From NCBI GenBank assembly GCA_041752695.1, contig JBGSVZ010000039.1, positions 1 to 41,783 on the forward strand: DNA of 41,783 nt, written 5' to 3'. Shown piece after piece: positions 29,001-36,859 of the stretch. Below the pieces are notes generated by a model. It made no database searches. It was not told the DNA's origin and saw nothing but the letters and a program-made list of their open reading frames with translations. The stretch is from Terrimicrobiaceae bacterium. GTDB lineage: Bacteria; Verrucomicrobiota; Verrucomicrobiia; Chthoniobacterales; Terrimicrobiaceae. Positions within the stretch are counted from its first letter, which is position 1, and each line of letters starts with the position of its first letter. The translations under genes and the position numbers were made by a program.

Positions 29001-30424
29001 CGGTGAGCCCGGATCCCGCCGGAGACGGTCAGGGCGACCCCCGCCTGGCCTCCAAATTTTCCTACAGGGCGATCAAGGATGTGATTGGATCGTCCGTGAA
29101 GTCGAAGCAGATTCTGACCGCGCAGTATGGAAATCCCAACCGACAGTATCACTCCCTGGGACAAGCGGAAAATTCTCCCGCAGGCACCGGATATATCGCG
29201 TCACAGGTTTATGGTGTGCTGGGCGTCAATGTGACGGGAACAAGTGGCATGGCCATGACTGGTCAAAACACCAATGCGTCCCTTGGAAATCTGGGACAGG
29301 CCGGAAGTTTGGAGACCGCAACCAACTTCCTGGACTCTGGCGTGGTTGGCGTGATGTCGTCCCGTCCCCAAGGATCCATCGGGACGAGCACCTCGGTGGG
29401 AGACTGGTCCTCGGGCGCCGGATATTTGAAGGATGGCGGAATGTTGCCGCGGCCGGATCAGGATTTCCAGTCCTTAACCGTGCCACAAGCCTCCGGACTC
29501 CTGACGCATGTGACGCCGTATTTTGTGACCAACAACGGCGGGAGCGATGGGATAAATTCCCCTTCCTCGAAAGGATATTTTTCGCCCAACCGGCAGATTC
29601 CTTCGCCCATTTCCCTTTTGGGTAGCTTGCCGTCCAGTCCGAGCCAAGGCTGGCAGACTTTGCTCTTCTCCCCGAATCCGGCGGCCGGGTCAGCCCATCC
29701 GGGGATGACAAGTCCCCCGGACTATTTGATCCTGGACCTTTTCTGGATGCCGGTGGCCGAGCCTTACCCGATCAGTGAAGAGTTTTCCACTGCGGGCAAG
29801 ATCAACCTGAACTATAAGATCATGCCGTTTTCTTACATTAATCGAAGCACAGGGGTGCACGCCTTGCTGAAGGCGACCTGGCTGACGGCCTTGGATAACA
29901 GCCTCGCGAGAAATTATAAGTCGCACTTTTTTGTCAGGGGCATGCCGAACTCGCAGACGCGCTACTCGATTGATACCGCAGAGACCTTGAAACTCTTCGA
30001 CGATGAGGTGTTTGGGTCGGGGGATTTGTTTCGCGCTGCCTCCCAGATCTGCTCGATTCTCCTCGTGCCCAAAGGCCGGTCGGCCGCAGACGTTTCGTCT
30101 TTTTGGGATGGCAAACTTTTGACCTCGGATACCGCCCGCGAGCAGCCCTATGACCACGTCTATTCCCGGGTCACCACGAAATCGAACACCTTCACCGTTC
30201 ACTGGCGCGTTCAGGCCCTGCGCAAGGTCACGTCCGGACCCGCGGGGGTTTGGGACGAAAGCAAAGACAAGATGGCGTCGGAACTGCGCGGTGCCACCAT
30301 GATCGAACGGTTCATCGACCCCAATGCCACCAATATTCCGGATTACACCACCGACGCCGCGGCGCTGCCGTTGAGCAATTTTTACAAATGGCGGGTGGTC
30401 TCCGAAACCTTCTTTCAACCCTGA
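26072..30424 (+). CDS. vccA: Verru_Chthon cassette protein A (large, PilX-like N-terminus)
   Basis: AFALVLVL, WASQPG, YKLYS, MP.KWLYVL.DG, NPIVGRVAFWADDETSKVNINTASEG, LDLFWMPV.EPY.ISE.FSTAGKINLNY, RVTTKSNTFTVH, IERFIDPN. Confidence 0.9.
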   Translation: MTNPLQKRAFALVLVLIIIVLAATMAVFFLASAGQERRGVDLYARGGHVRHLAGMAVNRVMGQINAATKAGTAAAPVSWASQPGMVRTYLADGTAGNFYKLYSWDTAASVPGAGFDPSAASERPPAGWKNSTAIFADLNQPIKEVYPIVDPGAQGVVEGFSIDAADDAVSGSGSEAPMPAKWLYVLEDGQMVAPGNLTGTTATIPGATADNPIVGRVAFWADDETSKVNINTASEGSFWDWPKAATYNEMQFAGNPPVGGEFNRVPGHPAMTSLSAVFPELSPGERWETSGLVRADYRAKTMSLLGLTPRVVYSNNSSRGGTYPLEKANFNYGPSSGAPNDSLLNSVPSVSLTPKTDRLLVSPDEMIFTTTTSGGSRVTASALTLDMVRKRSFFLTSNSRAPETTLFETPRVSLWPVTWPYPTAHAKLTNRQTAAVSSPSPDGTLLNNNTWMRAEERLLAFTSILNRTRADGGDRYFFQRQNSESPSHDYTAITRNQRLLSYLRELTSRQIPGYGGNFETKLTEAGRDSVLANTFNSIRSLVNQYTLQDDGKLLYSYTPISFARFTTQTGAVVAKSELGAFSPFPIKVDLGSGEITTISEFPLLREAALVFFATDRQLPSKKPDPSLNFNDPLSWNNLINVNNAPGASVGAQTTKMRAVMILDFFNLRGSTRNNQPVFWVKVSGATMSANGTNLGFGSAVAKLDYRISPNLPSYLLPFFERNATSGAVLNIKTLVNGNVDDANYGLISAEVSLDPTALNFDFIGGPMTIEIYGIKDGDPAINPTGNSNLRVATYNVDFSSWDGLQRIPLAPRWTYMDMLNSKKVPPLVSGTTNWKGSMCPNPGFSPASNWAAIEIAPAYRTSSAVGDPAMGGNLSIPSFSSIFSGTNEGSIAYPPTSGATSFVYRAPATYAFCDSSGETAGRIMTDYRNRMRYYPELPSSVPYLAENTLVTLSGTTAGIQFVPAGFPATTVYDTVLAVSPDPAGDGQGDPRLASKFSYRAIKDVIGSSVKSKQILTAQYGNPNRQYHSLGQAENSPAGTGYIASQVYGVLGVNVTGTSGMAMTGQNTNASLGNLGQAGSLETATNFLDSGVVGVMSSRPQGSIGTSTSVGDWSSGAGYLKDGGMLPRPDQDFQSLTVPQASGLLTHVTPYFVTNNGGSDGINSPSSKGYFSPNRQIPSPISLLGSLPSSPSQGWQTLLFSPNPAAGSAHPGMTSPPDYLILDLFWMPVAEPYPISEEFSTAGKINLNYKIMPFSYINRSTGVHALLKATWLTALDNSLARNYKSHFFVRGMPNSQTRYSIDTAETLKLFDDEVFGSGDLFRAASQICSILLVPKGRSAADVSSFWDGKLLTSDTAREQPYDHVYSRVTTKSNTFTVHWRVQALRKVTSGPAGVWDESKDKMASELRGATMIERFIDPNATNIPDYTTDAAALPLSNFYKWRVVSETFFQP

Positions 30425-30597
30425 GAATACCGCTCAAATGCAAGACACGCCTTGAAAGGGTGTTCTTCGGGATGGCATGAAGGCCCTCCGTTTCCTTTCT
30501 TTCGCGCGCACTCTGACCCAAAAACTTCGGTCGGTTTTTAAAAAAAGTCCTTGTAAAATCACACCTTTGATTGTTGGTTCCTGCCAGACAATTTTTG

Positions 30598-31269
30598 ATG
30601 ATGAAGTTCCCCCTTCCCATTTTGTTTTTGAAATCCGCCGTGCGGCGCGGGGCCGCTGGATTTTCGTTAATCGAGTTATTGTCGGTGATGATGCTGCTGT
30701 CGGTGTTGGCGGTGGCGGCGGTTCCGGCGATGAAGGGAACTTTGGATGGCATCAACATTAGCGGGGCGGCCGGTGTGGCGCAGGCGGAGTTTGCCCTGGC
30801 GCGGCAGACGGCGATGAGTCGGAACCTGCCTGTTGAGCTGCGAATTTACCAACACGACGACGGCAGTGGTCTGGCCTGGCGGGCGATGTCGATGGTTATT
30901 CCCGCCTCGATGAGTGGTCAGGCGACCGACGAGTGGGTGACGCGGGGCAAGGTTTTGCCGGGAGGAGTGGCGTTTGATGATACTCAGGAATATTCGACCA
31001 TGATTTCGCAGGCCCAGCCAACCGCGGGGGAGCCCATCGCACCTTGGAAGACCACGGAAGTTTCCACGGCCCCGGCTTTGGTGAGGAACAAGAGCTATGT
31101 GGGATTTCTTTTTAATCCCGATGGTTCCACCAATTTGCCCAACGGACAGCCATGGTGCCTCACGTTGAAGAACCCTCGGAGTCAATCGGCGAGCGGGAAG
31201 CCCGCGGCAAATTTTGTCGCCATTGTGGTGGATTCGCTGACAGGACGGACGATGGTTTACCAACCCTGA
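30598..31269 (+). CDS. vccD: Verru_Chthon cassette protein D (FimU/GspH-like)
   Basis: GFSLIELL, ARQTAMSRNLPVELRIY, F.PDGSTNL, ANF..I.VD.LTGR...YQP. Confidence 0.88.
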   Translation: MMKFPLPILFLKSAVRRGAAGFSLIELLSVMMLLSVLAVAAVPAMKGTLDGINISGAAGVAQAEFALARQTAMSRNLPVELRIYQHDDGSGLAWRAMSMVIPASMSGQATDEWVTRGKVLPGGVAFDDTQEYSTMISQAQPTAGEPIAPWKTTEVSTAPALVRNKSYVGFLFNPDGSTNLPNGQPWCLTLKNPRSQSASGKPAANFVAIVVDSLTGRTMVYQP

Positions 31270-31457
31270 GGTGGGGGGCGGGGTCCCACCGGGATGGGTG
31301 GGGCGCAGGGCGGAAGAAAGACACCTGACTTTCTCCCGCAAATCCTTCACTACTGGGATCCTCTTGTGATCAACCTAAAACCCTGCTGGAGGTTCAGCCT
31401 CCCGCCTGACCCAATATTCGGACCCGCCAGCGGTCGCCTATCCCCAAACGCGCGTGC

Positions 31458-32591
31458 ATGAAGACCTCAGAGAAAAGAATTCGCTCCGTGCTGAAGCGTC
31501 TGATCACAGACGGCGTGGATCGCGGCGCGCAATTTGCAGTGTATCGGGACGGGGAGCTTGTCCTGGATGTTTCGGCCGGGGTGGCCCATCCCTTCACTAA
31601 GGAGCGGGTGACGACCGAGACGCTCTTTCCGGTCTTTTCGGTAACGAAGGGGATCTCGGCGACCGTGATTCACCGGCTCGTTGAGCGGGGGCTTCTTTCC
31701 TACGAGATGCGGATCTCGGATGTCTGGCCGGAGTTTGGGGTCCGGGGAAAAAAGACCATCACCCTTCGCCATGCGCTGAGCCATACGGCTGGGGTCAGCG
31801 ACTGGCCCGCCCAAGTGTGCGCTCCGGGCCAGCGTTCCCGTTTGGCAAGGGGAGTTTCTGCGCCGGTGGTGACGTTCGGGCAAATGTTGGACTGGACGAC
31901 GGCCTGCGCAGCACTGGCTCAGACCAAGCCCAAATGGCGGCCCGGTGTCCAGTTTTGCTACCATGCAAAAACCTATGGCTGGCTGATCGGGGAGGTCGCC
32001 AGGCGGGTGGTGGGAAAGTCATTTACCGATTTGGTGCGCGACGAAATTGCGCGTCCGCTGGGCCTGGACACGCTTTATGCCGGACTACCGGACCCGGAAA
32101 ACCACCAAATTGCCTTTCTGGAAGAAAGCCATCTGGGGCCGTTGCCCGTGCCGGATTTTGCGGAGCTTTCGGTGATGGAGGCCCCCCAGGTTCTGATCCC
32201 CCATCAGATGAACTGCCCGGAGATGCAGAAGGCGTGTTTGCCTTCCAGCAACGGTTTGATGAACGCACGGGCAATTGCGCGGCATTATGCGGCCTTGCTG
32301 CCGGGAGGCGTCGCCGGCATCGAGCTTCTCCCCGCCACCCGCGTTGCCATCGCCACAAAATGGGATCCACGCAAAGATCCGGCGGGTGAGCCGGCCTGCT
32401 GGGGGCTGGGTTACGCGAGGGCGGAAATTGCGGGAGGGGGAAAAAAGATCGAAGGCTTCGGACACGGTGGGTATGGGGGGTCGATGGGATGTGCGTTTCC
32501 GGAACTCGGCCTCGCCATCGGCTACACGCGCAACCGACTTGGCCCGAGCGGCTGGGATGCCCTCACCGCCGGGCTTCTCGACACGAAATAA
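31458..32591 (+). CDS. Serine hydrolase, beta-lactamase class C/esterase family
   Basis: FSVTK (SxxK), LSHTAG, YHA, FGHGGYGGS. Confidence 0.88.
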   Translation: MKTSEKRIRSVLKRLITDGVDRGAQFAVYRDGELVLDVSAGVAHPFTKERVTTETLFPVFSVTKGISATVIHRLVERGLLSYEMRISDVWPEFGVRGKKTITLRHALSHTAGVSDWPAQVCAPGQRSRLARGVSAPVVTFGQMLDWTTACAALAQTKPKWRPGVQFCYHAKTYGWLIGEVARRVVGKSFTDLVRDEIARPLGLDTLYAGLPDPENHQIAFLEESHLGPLPVPDFAELSVMEAPQVLIPHQMNCPEMQKACLPSSNGLMNARAIARHYAALLPGGVAGIELLPATRVAIATKWDPRKDPAGEPACWGLGYARAEIAGGGKKIEGFGHGGYGGSMGCAFPELGLAIGYTRNRLGPSGWDALTAGLLDTK

Positions 32592-32600
32592 AACCGCGGC

Positions 32601-34349
32601 TTACGCGCTCAATTTTTCGCGTTTGGTCTTCAGCGCGGCCTCAATCCTGCCCAGGGGCAGCGTGTTGATCACGTCGCTGCGGGTGAGCCAGCCTTTCCGG
32701 GCGGCCCCGACGCCGAAGATGAGATCCTGGAGTCCGGCGGTGGAATGGGCGTCGGGGTTGATCGCGCATTTGACGCCCTTCTCCCTGGCCAGCGGCCACC
32801 ACCGCCAGTCCATTTCGAGACGCCGGGGATTGGCGTTGAGTTCGATGATGGTTCCGGTTGCCGCGGCGGCCTCGATCACCGCGGGAATGTTCACCTTGTA
32901 GGGTTCGCGGGTGAGGAGGAGACGGCCGGTGAGGTGGCCCAGCATGGTGACGTGCGGATGGGAGATCGCCCGGATGATGCGGTCGGTCATTTCGGTCTCG
33001 CTCAAGGTGAACGAGGCATGGACGGAGGCGACGACATAGTCGAGCTGCGCCAGGATTTCGTCGGAGAAATCCAGGGTGCCGTCCTTCTTGATGTCACATT
33101 CCGTGCCGGCGAAGAGGCGGAATCCGTCGTAGGTGGCATTGAGTTCGCGGATACGGGCGACCTGATCGAGCAGGCGTTTTTCATCCAGACCGCTGGCTTG
33201 GACCGAGCTTTTGCTGTGGTCAGCGATGCCGAGATATTCGAGGCCAAGTTCCTGCGCGGCGGCGGCCATCTCTTCGAGCGAAGAACGTCCGTCGCTGGCG
33301 GTGGTGTGGTTGTGAAAGGTGCCGCGGAGGTTCTGCCACTCGATCAAAACTGGCAGTTCGTGGTTTTCGGCGGCGGCGATCTCACCGCGATCTTCACGGA
33401 GTTCGGGTTCGACGTAGGCGAGTCCCAGGGCGCGGTAAATGTCGGCCTCGCTGTGGACCTCGGGCAGGGGTTCCTTGAGCGTACGGCCATCCGCCTCGCT
33501 GAAGCGGTATTCGTTGAGCGACCAGCCGCGTTCCAGGGCGCGGGAACGCATGCGCACATTGTGCTCCTTGCTGCCGGTGAAATAATTGAGCGCAAAGGGA
33601 TATTCGCCGCTCGTAACCACGCGCAAATCGCACTGGATGCCGTTTTTCAGAATCACGCTCGATTTGGTTTCGCCCTGGGCGAGGATGGTCTCCACCAAGG
33701 GATGGTGAACGAAATCTTCCGAAACCTCGGCGGGTTTGCGGGTGGAAACGATGAAGTCGAGGTCGCGGACGATTTCCTTTTTGCGGCGGTAGCTGCCGGC
33801 GATTTGCGCATAGGTCACGCGCGGGTGGCTCCGCAGGTCGTCGAGCAGACTTTCCGCCAGCGCGGTGATGTCGCCGAGGCGGAACTGTCCGGCGCTTTTT
33901 TTCTGCTGCTCAATGGCCTTGGCAATGTTGGCCGCGGTTTTTTCGCCGAAGCCGGGAAGGGCCGCGACTTTTCCCGAGGCGAGGGCGCGTTCGAGGGAGG
34001 TGAGGGAACTGACTCCCAACTGATCATACATCGCTTTGATTTTCTTGGCGCCGAGCCCCTGCAGTTCGAAAAGGATAAAAATCTCCGGCGGAAACTCGTC
34101 GCGGAGTTTGTCGTAATACTCCAGGTGTCCAGTCTGGACGAGGGTGGTGATTTTTTCCGCAATGGCTTTGCCGATGCCGTCGATGTCTTCGAGCCGTTTT
34201 TCCTCAACGAGTTTCCCGAGGTCTTCACTCAGCGTCTCGAGCGCCCGCGCGGCGTTGGTGTAGGCGCGGATCTTGAAGGGATTCTCGCCCTTGAGTTCGA
34301 GAAGGCGGGCGATGCGTTCGAAAATGTCGGCGATGTCGTCGGTGGTCAT
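32601..34349 (-). CDS. polX: DNA polymerase X with PHP 3'-5' exonuclease domain
   Basis: GENPFKIRAY, HhH motifs, GSYRR...DLD, YFTGSKEHN, HNHTTASDG, DHS, NPDAH. Confidence 0.95.
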   Translation of the reverse strand: MTTDDIADIFERIARLLELKGENPFKIRAYTNAARALETLSEDLGKLVEEKRLEDIDGIGKAIAEKITTLVQTGHLEYYDKLRDEFPPEIFILFELQGLGAKKIKAMYDQLGVSSLTSLERALASGKVAALPGFGEKTAANIAKAIEQQKKSAGQFRLGDITALAESLLDDLRSHPRVTYAQIAGSYRRKKEIVRDLDFIVSTRKPAEVSEDFVHHPLVETILAQGETKSSVILKNGIQCDLRVVTSGEYPFALNYFTGSKEHNVRMRSRALERGWSLNEYRFSEADGRTLKEPLPEVHSEADIYRALGLAYVEPELREDRGEIAAAENHELPVLIEWQNLRGTFHNHTTASDGRSSLEEMAAAAQELGLEYLGIADHSKSSVQASGLDEKRLLDQVARIRELNATYDGFRLFAGTECDIKKDGTLDFSDEILAQLDYVVASVHASFTLSETEMTDRIIRAISHPHVTMLGHLTGRLLLTREPYKVNIPAVIEAAAATGTIIELNANPRRLEMDWRWWPLAREKGVKCAINPDAHSTAGLQDLIFGVGAARKGWLTRSDVINTLPLGRIEAALKTKREKLSA

Positions 34350-34372
34350 GGGTGAGGTCGGCCTGGAGGCCA

Positions 34373-34414
34373 TCAACGCTGAACTTTCAACGCCGAACGT
34401 TCAACGCTGAACTC
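34373..34414 (+). repeat. 7-bp tandem array (TCAACGC TGAACTT TCAACGC CGAACGT TCAACGC TGAACTC)
   Basis: Read directly; fills much of the spacer between the GH114 gene and polX. Confidence 0.8.
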
Positions 34415-34430
34415 GGAATTAGACCACCAA

Positions 34431-35474
34431 TCACGGCTGCACACCGGGCAGGGGGTTGATGATGTTGAGTTCGCGGTTGGTCCTTGCGATGTAAAAATCG
34501 AAACCCTCCGCTTCGGCGAGGCTCTGATAGGTGCGAATGCGCTGACCGTTTGTTCCGGAGAGGCTGCCGTTTTTGTCGACATATTCGACAGTGAGAATGT
34601 GTTTCCCCGCATCCCGCGCGGCACGGAGGAAAGGCAGACGGTAGTTGGTTTCGCTCGCGGGCTGGCGTTTGGGGCCGTTAAACCAAAGGTCCTCCACCCC
34701 CAGACCGGAAATCGCCGCGAGGTAGCGGCCCTCGGTGTCGTAGTCGAGCAGGCGTTCGCCGTTCTGGGGATAGACGGGCACCGGCGCGCCGCGAAGTTCG
34801 GAGGCATAGTCGCCAATCCATTCGACCAGCTCGATCATGCGCGCGGCCGCCTCGGCTTCGCTGACCGGGTCGCCGGACTGGCGGACTTCGCCGCGGCGGC
34901 GGTAGGTGGCGGGATTGCCCCAGTATTCAAAGGCATCCACGATATCGAGATAAACGCCGTCGAAACCCTGGGCGACGATGCGCTGGAGGTAGGGTTTGAG
35001 CGCGGCGTCGCGCCAGGCGGTGTCCCAATAACGGACCTTGAAGTTGCCGCGCCAATCGGGATTTTCCTTCCCGAGCCAGGCGGGTTTGGTGGCCGGACGT
35101 TTCCAGGCGGGATCAAAATAGAACCGATAGTCCTCCGCCTCCCCGATGGAGAAATAACAGAGCGCCTGCATCCCGGCGTTTTTGATGGCGGTGATCTGGG
35201 CCGGGGAAAACTCCCCGTCTTCCGTGCCGTCGCTCGCATAGTCCATCACCACGCCGGGAAACCCGGAGGAAGCGATGGCGGCGGGGGCGGGATCCTGGAT
35301 CTGGTAAAGCCACGGCTCGGAGGCATGGGCGGCGAAGGCGAGGAAAAAGAAAGGAATTGCCCGCGAAAGGGCGCCAACACCCGCGCGGTAGCGCTCTGGT
35401 GAGCTTGGGAAAGTCGAAGGTGTGGCCGGGAGGCAACCGAAGCGAAGCGGAGAAAAAGACGCGAAAAATTTCAT
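34431..35474 (-). CDS. GH114/MJ1477-TM1410-like glycoside hydrolase (endo-alpha-1,4-polygalactosaminidase-like); start uncertain
   Basis: WLYQIQ, CYFSIGEAEDYRFY, ENPDWRGN, GFDGVYLDIVD, QNG, VEDLWF, VEY. Confidence 0.82.
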   Translation of the reverse strand: MKFFASFSPLRFGCLPATPSTFPSSPERYRAGVGALSRAIPFFFLAFAAHASEPWLYQIQDPAPAAIASSGFPGVVMDYASDGTEDGEFSPAQITAIKNAGMQALCYFSIGEAEDYRFYFDPAWKRPATKPAWLGKENPDWRGNFKVRYWDTAWRDAALKPYLQRIVAQGFDGVYLDIVDAFEYWGNPATYRRRGEVRQSGDPVSEAEAAARMIELVEWIGDYASELRGAPVPVYPQNGERLLDYDTEGRYLAAISGLGVEDLWFNGPKRQPASETNYRLPFLRAARDAGKHILTVEYVDKNGSLSGTNGQRIRTYQSLAEAEGFDFYIARTNRELNIINPLPGVQP

Positions 35475-35901
35475 AAACGGGGAGGGGATTTTTTGGTGTT
35501 GGCGATGCGTTCCCATTCGAGTTTGGGCTGATGGCCGAAATTGACGAGCAGGCCGAGTTCGAACCCGGTGGAAGCGAGGTAATTCAGAACTTGGGACCGA
35601 TGTTCATCCGTGATTGCGGATACGGCTTTAATCTCGAGGATGATTTTGTCGAAACAGACGAAATCCGGTTCGTAGTGATGGCGCAAAAGATGGCCTTTGT
35701 AACGAAGTTCAAGCCGGGTCTTCGCGACGGAGGGAATTCCTTGCAATCCCAATTCGATTTCCAAGCAGTCGTCATAGACGGGCTCGTGAAACCCGCAACC
35801 TTTGTCCTTATAGACTTCAAAGCAGGCCCCCATGATCCGATAACACTCCTCCTTGTAAATCAGTTCCATTTTTCGCGTCCCTTTAGCGTGATTTCGCGGG
35901 C
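35432..35901 (-). mobile_element. Putative GxxExxY repeat-bounded element (CGCGAAA arms around a nuclease-fold ORF)
   Basis: Arm GCCCGCGAAATCACGCTAAAGGGACGCGAAA (35901-35871, minus) directly before the ATG; degenerate inverted arm with AAAAGACGCGAAA (35454-35466) just after the stop. Confidence 0.5.
35471..35869 (-). CDS. GxxExxY protein (PD-(D/E)XK nuclease-like)
   Basis: 132 aa; GFHEPVY motif, 'PDFVC...IILEIKA', 'QVLNYL', 'GLLVNFG'. Confidence 0.92.
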   Translation of the reverse strand: MELIYKEECYRIMGACFEVYKDKGCGFHEPVYDDCLEIELGLQGIPSVAKTRLELRYKGHLLRHHYEPDFVCFDKIILEIKAVSAITDEHRSQVLNYLASTGFELGLLVNFGHQPKLEWERIANTKKSPPRL

Positions 35902-35904
35902 GAT

Positions 35905-36666
35905 TCAGCTTGTGTAGGTTTTCAGCCGGTTGCGCCAGCCGGGCAGCCATTTGGCTTCGTTGCGGGCGGGGGGGGAGTTTTTAACGCGGAGGGTGAGGAC
36001 ATGATCCGCGGCGGCGGCAAAGGCGGGAAGGGCGGGTCCGGTGGCTGGCATGGTGGCGAGGACTTGGAGCAGGCCCCAGCCCTGGCCATTGTAGCTTTCC
36101 GTGGCCTTGATGCCTTCGCCTTTAAAATTCACATAGTCCATCAACGCATAAAGCCCGAGGGGCTGCGCAGCGACGCGGTAGAAATTTGCGTGAATCTTTT
36201 CGCGCTCGGCTGGCGGAGCGGCGGCGAGCATCTTGGGCAGGGATTGTTCGAGGCGGAGGGCCGCAAATCGAGCCTGTTGCGGGATGGTACTTTTCAGCAG
36301 AGTGCGGAGCTGAATCATCTGCGGCGAGTCAAAGGCGGCCTGGAACTGTTTCTGCGTCGCCCAAGGACACCCCCGGTGCAGCCAGGGGGGACAGATGACC
36401 CCCTGTTTGGTGAGGAACGCGACCAGGGCGGGAAAACTTTCCTGAAACGGCCCAGTCTGCCCCTTGGGGTACCAGATGAAATGCCCGATGCCGAGAGACG
36501 CGAAATCCTCCCCAGCGTTCCAGGACGTCAGCCCGTTGACTGTCCCGGCGCATTCATTTTTCCAAATGCGACGGCCAATCTCCAGAGCCTGGGCGTCAGA
36601 AAGCTGGATGGTTTGCGCAGAAAGCGCCGTGAGTGAGAGAAGGAGAGAAAACAGGACGAGCCGCAT
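35905..36666 (-). CDS. Secreted hypothetical protein, possible lysozyme-like fold
   Basis: Signal peptide; 'WKNE...SLGIGH', 'ALMDYVNFKG', 'WLPGWRNR'. Confidence 0.75.
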   Translation of the reverse strand: MRLVLFSLLLSLTALSAQTIQLSDAQALEIGRRIWKNECAGTVNGLTSWNAGEDFASLGIGHFIWYPKGQTGPFQESFPALVAFLTKQGVICPPWLHRGCPWATQKQFQAAFDSPQMIQLRTLLKSTIPQQARFAALRLEQSLPKMLAAAPPAEREKIHANFYRVAAQPLGLYALMDYVNFKGEGIKATESYNGQGWGLLQVLATMPATGPALPAFAAAADHVLTLRVKNSPPARNEAKWLPGWRNRLKTYTS

Positions 36667-36672
36667 GCGCGG

Positions 36673-36701
36673 AGTGTAGCGGCAGTGTGTGCGTGTCGCA
36701 A
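36673..36701 (-). promoter_or_regulatory. Sigma70-type promoter for a leaderless transcript of 35905..36666
   Basis: TTGCGA (36701-36696), 17 bp, TACACT (36678-36673), 6 nt, ATG 36666. Confidence 0.6.
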
Positions 36702-36737
36702 GGTCACTCCCACCCGGAAACCCGCTACCGAAGTTTT

Positions 36738-36859
36738 GCCCGCGAAATCACGCGAAAAGACGCGAAAGTTAGGAAAAAATGGGACGGCAGATTCTCTCCG
36801 CCACTTTTACCATCTCCCATTCTGATTTTTTCGCGCCTTTTTCGCGTGGTTTCGCGGGC
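36738..36859. repeat. 122-bp inverted-repeat (REP/MITE-like) element with CGCGAAA 10-bp-period arms
   Basis: Left arm GCCCGCGAAATCACGCGAAAAGACGCGAAA (36738-36767); right arm reverse complement GCCCGCGAAACCACGCGAAAAAGGCGCGAAA (36859-36829); inner AATGGGA/TCCCATT pair. Confidence 0.85.

Noticed and set aside
31805..31865. Possible short insertion in the serine hydrolase (QVCAPGQRSRLARGVSAP)
   Set aside because: No repeat structure or duplication at DNA level; the loop is variable in this family and cannot be judged without an alignment.
32601..34349. PolX as a catalytically altered variant or part of a defence/NHEJ island
   Set aside because: Polymerase Asp motif (DLD, CDLR) and PHP metal ligands look canonical; no Ku or LigD nearby.
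32745..34355. Long plus-strand ORFs opposite real genes (also 37486..39249, 20314..21735, 13783..14949, 15028..16455; minus-strand 56..1324, 1985..3388)
   Set aside because: Typical stop-poor antisense frames of GC-rich coding DNA with no recognisable motifs.
36738..36859. Possible CRISPR array or simple terminator
   Set aside because: No repeat-spacer series and no cas genes; the arms are 30 bp with internal 10-bp periodicity and recur at the GxxExxY gene, so it is more than an ordinary terminator, although it may also terminate argS transcription.
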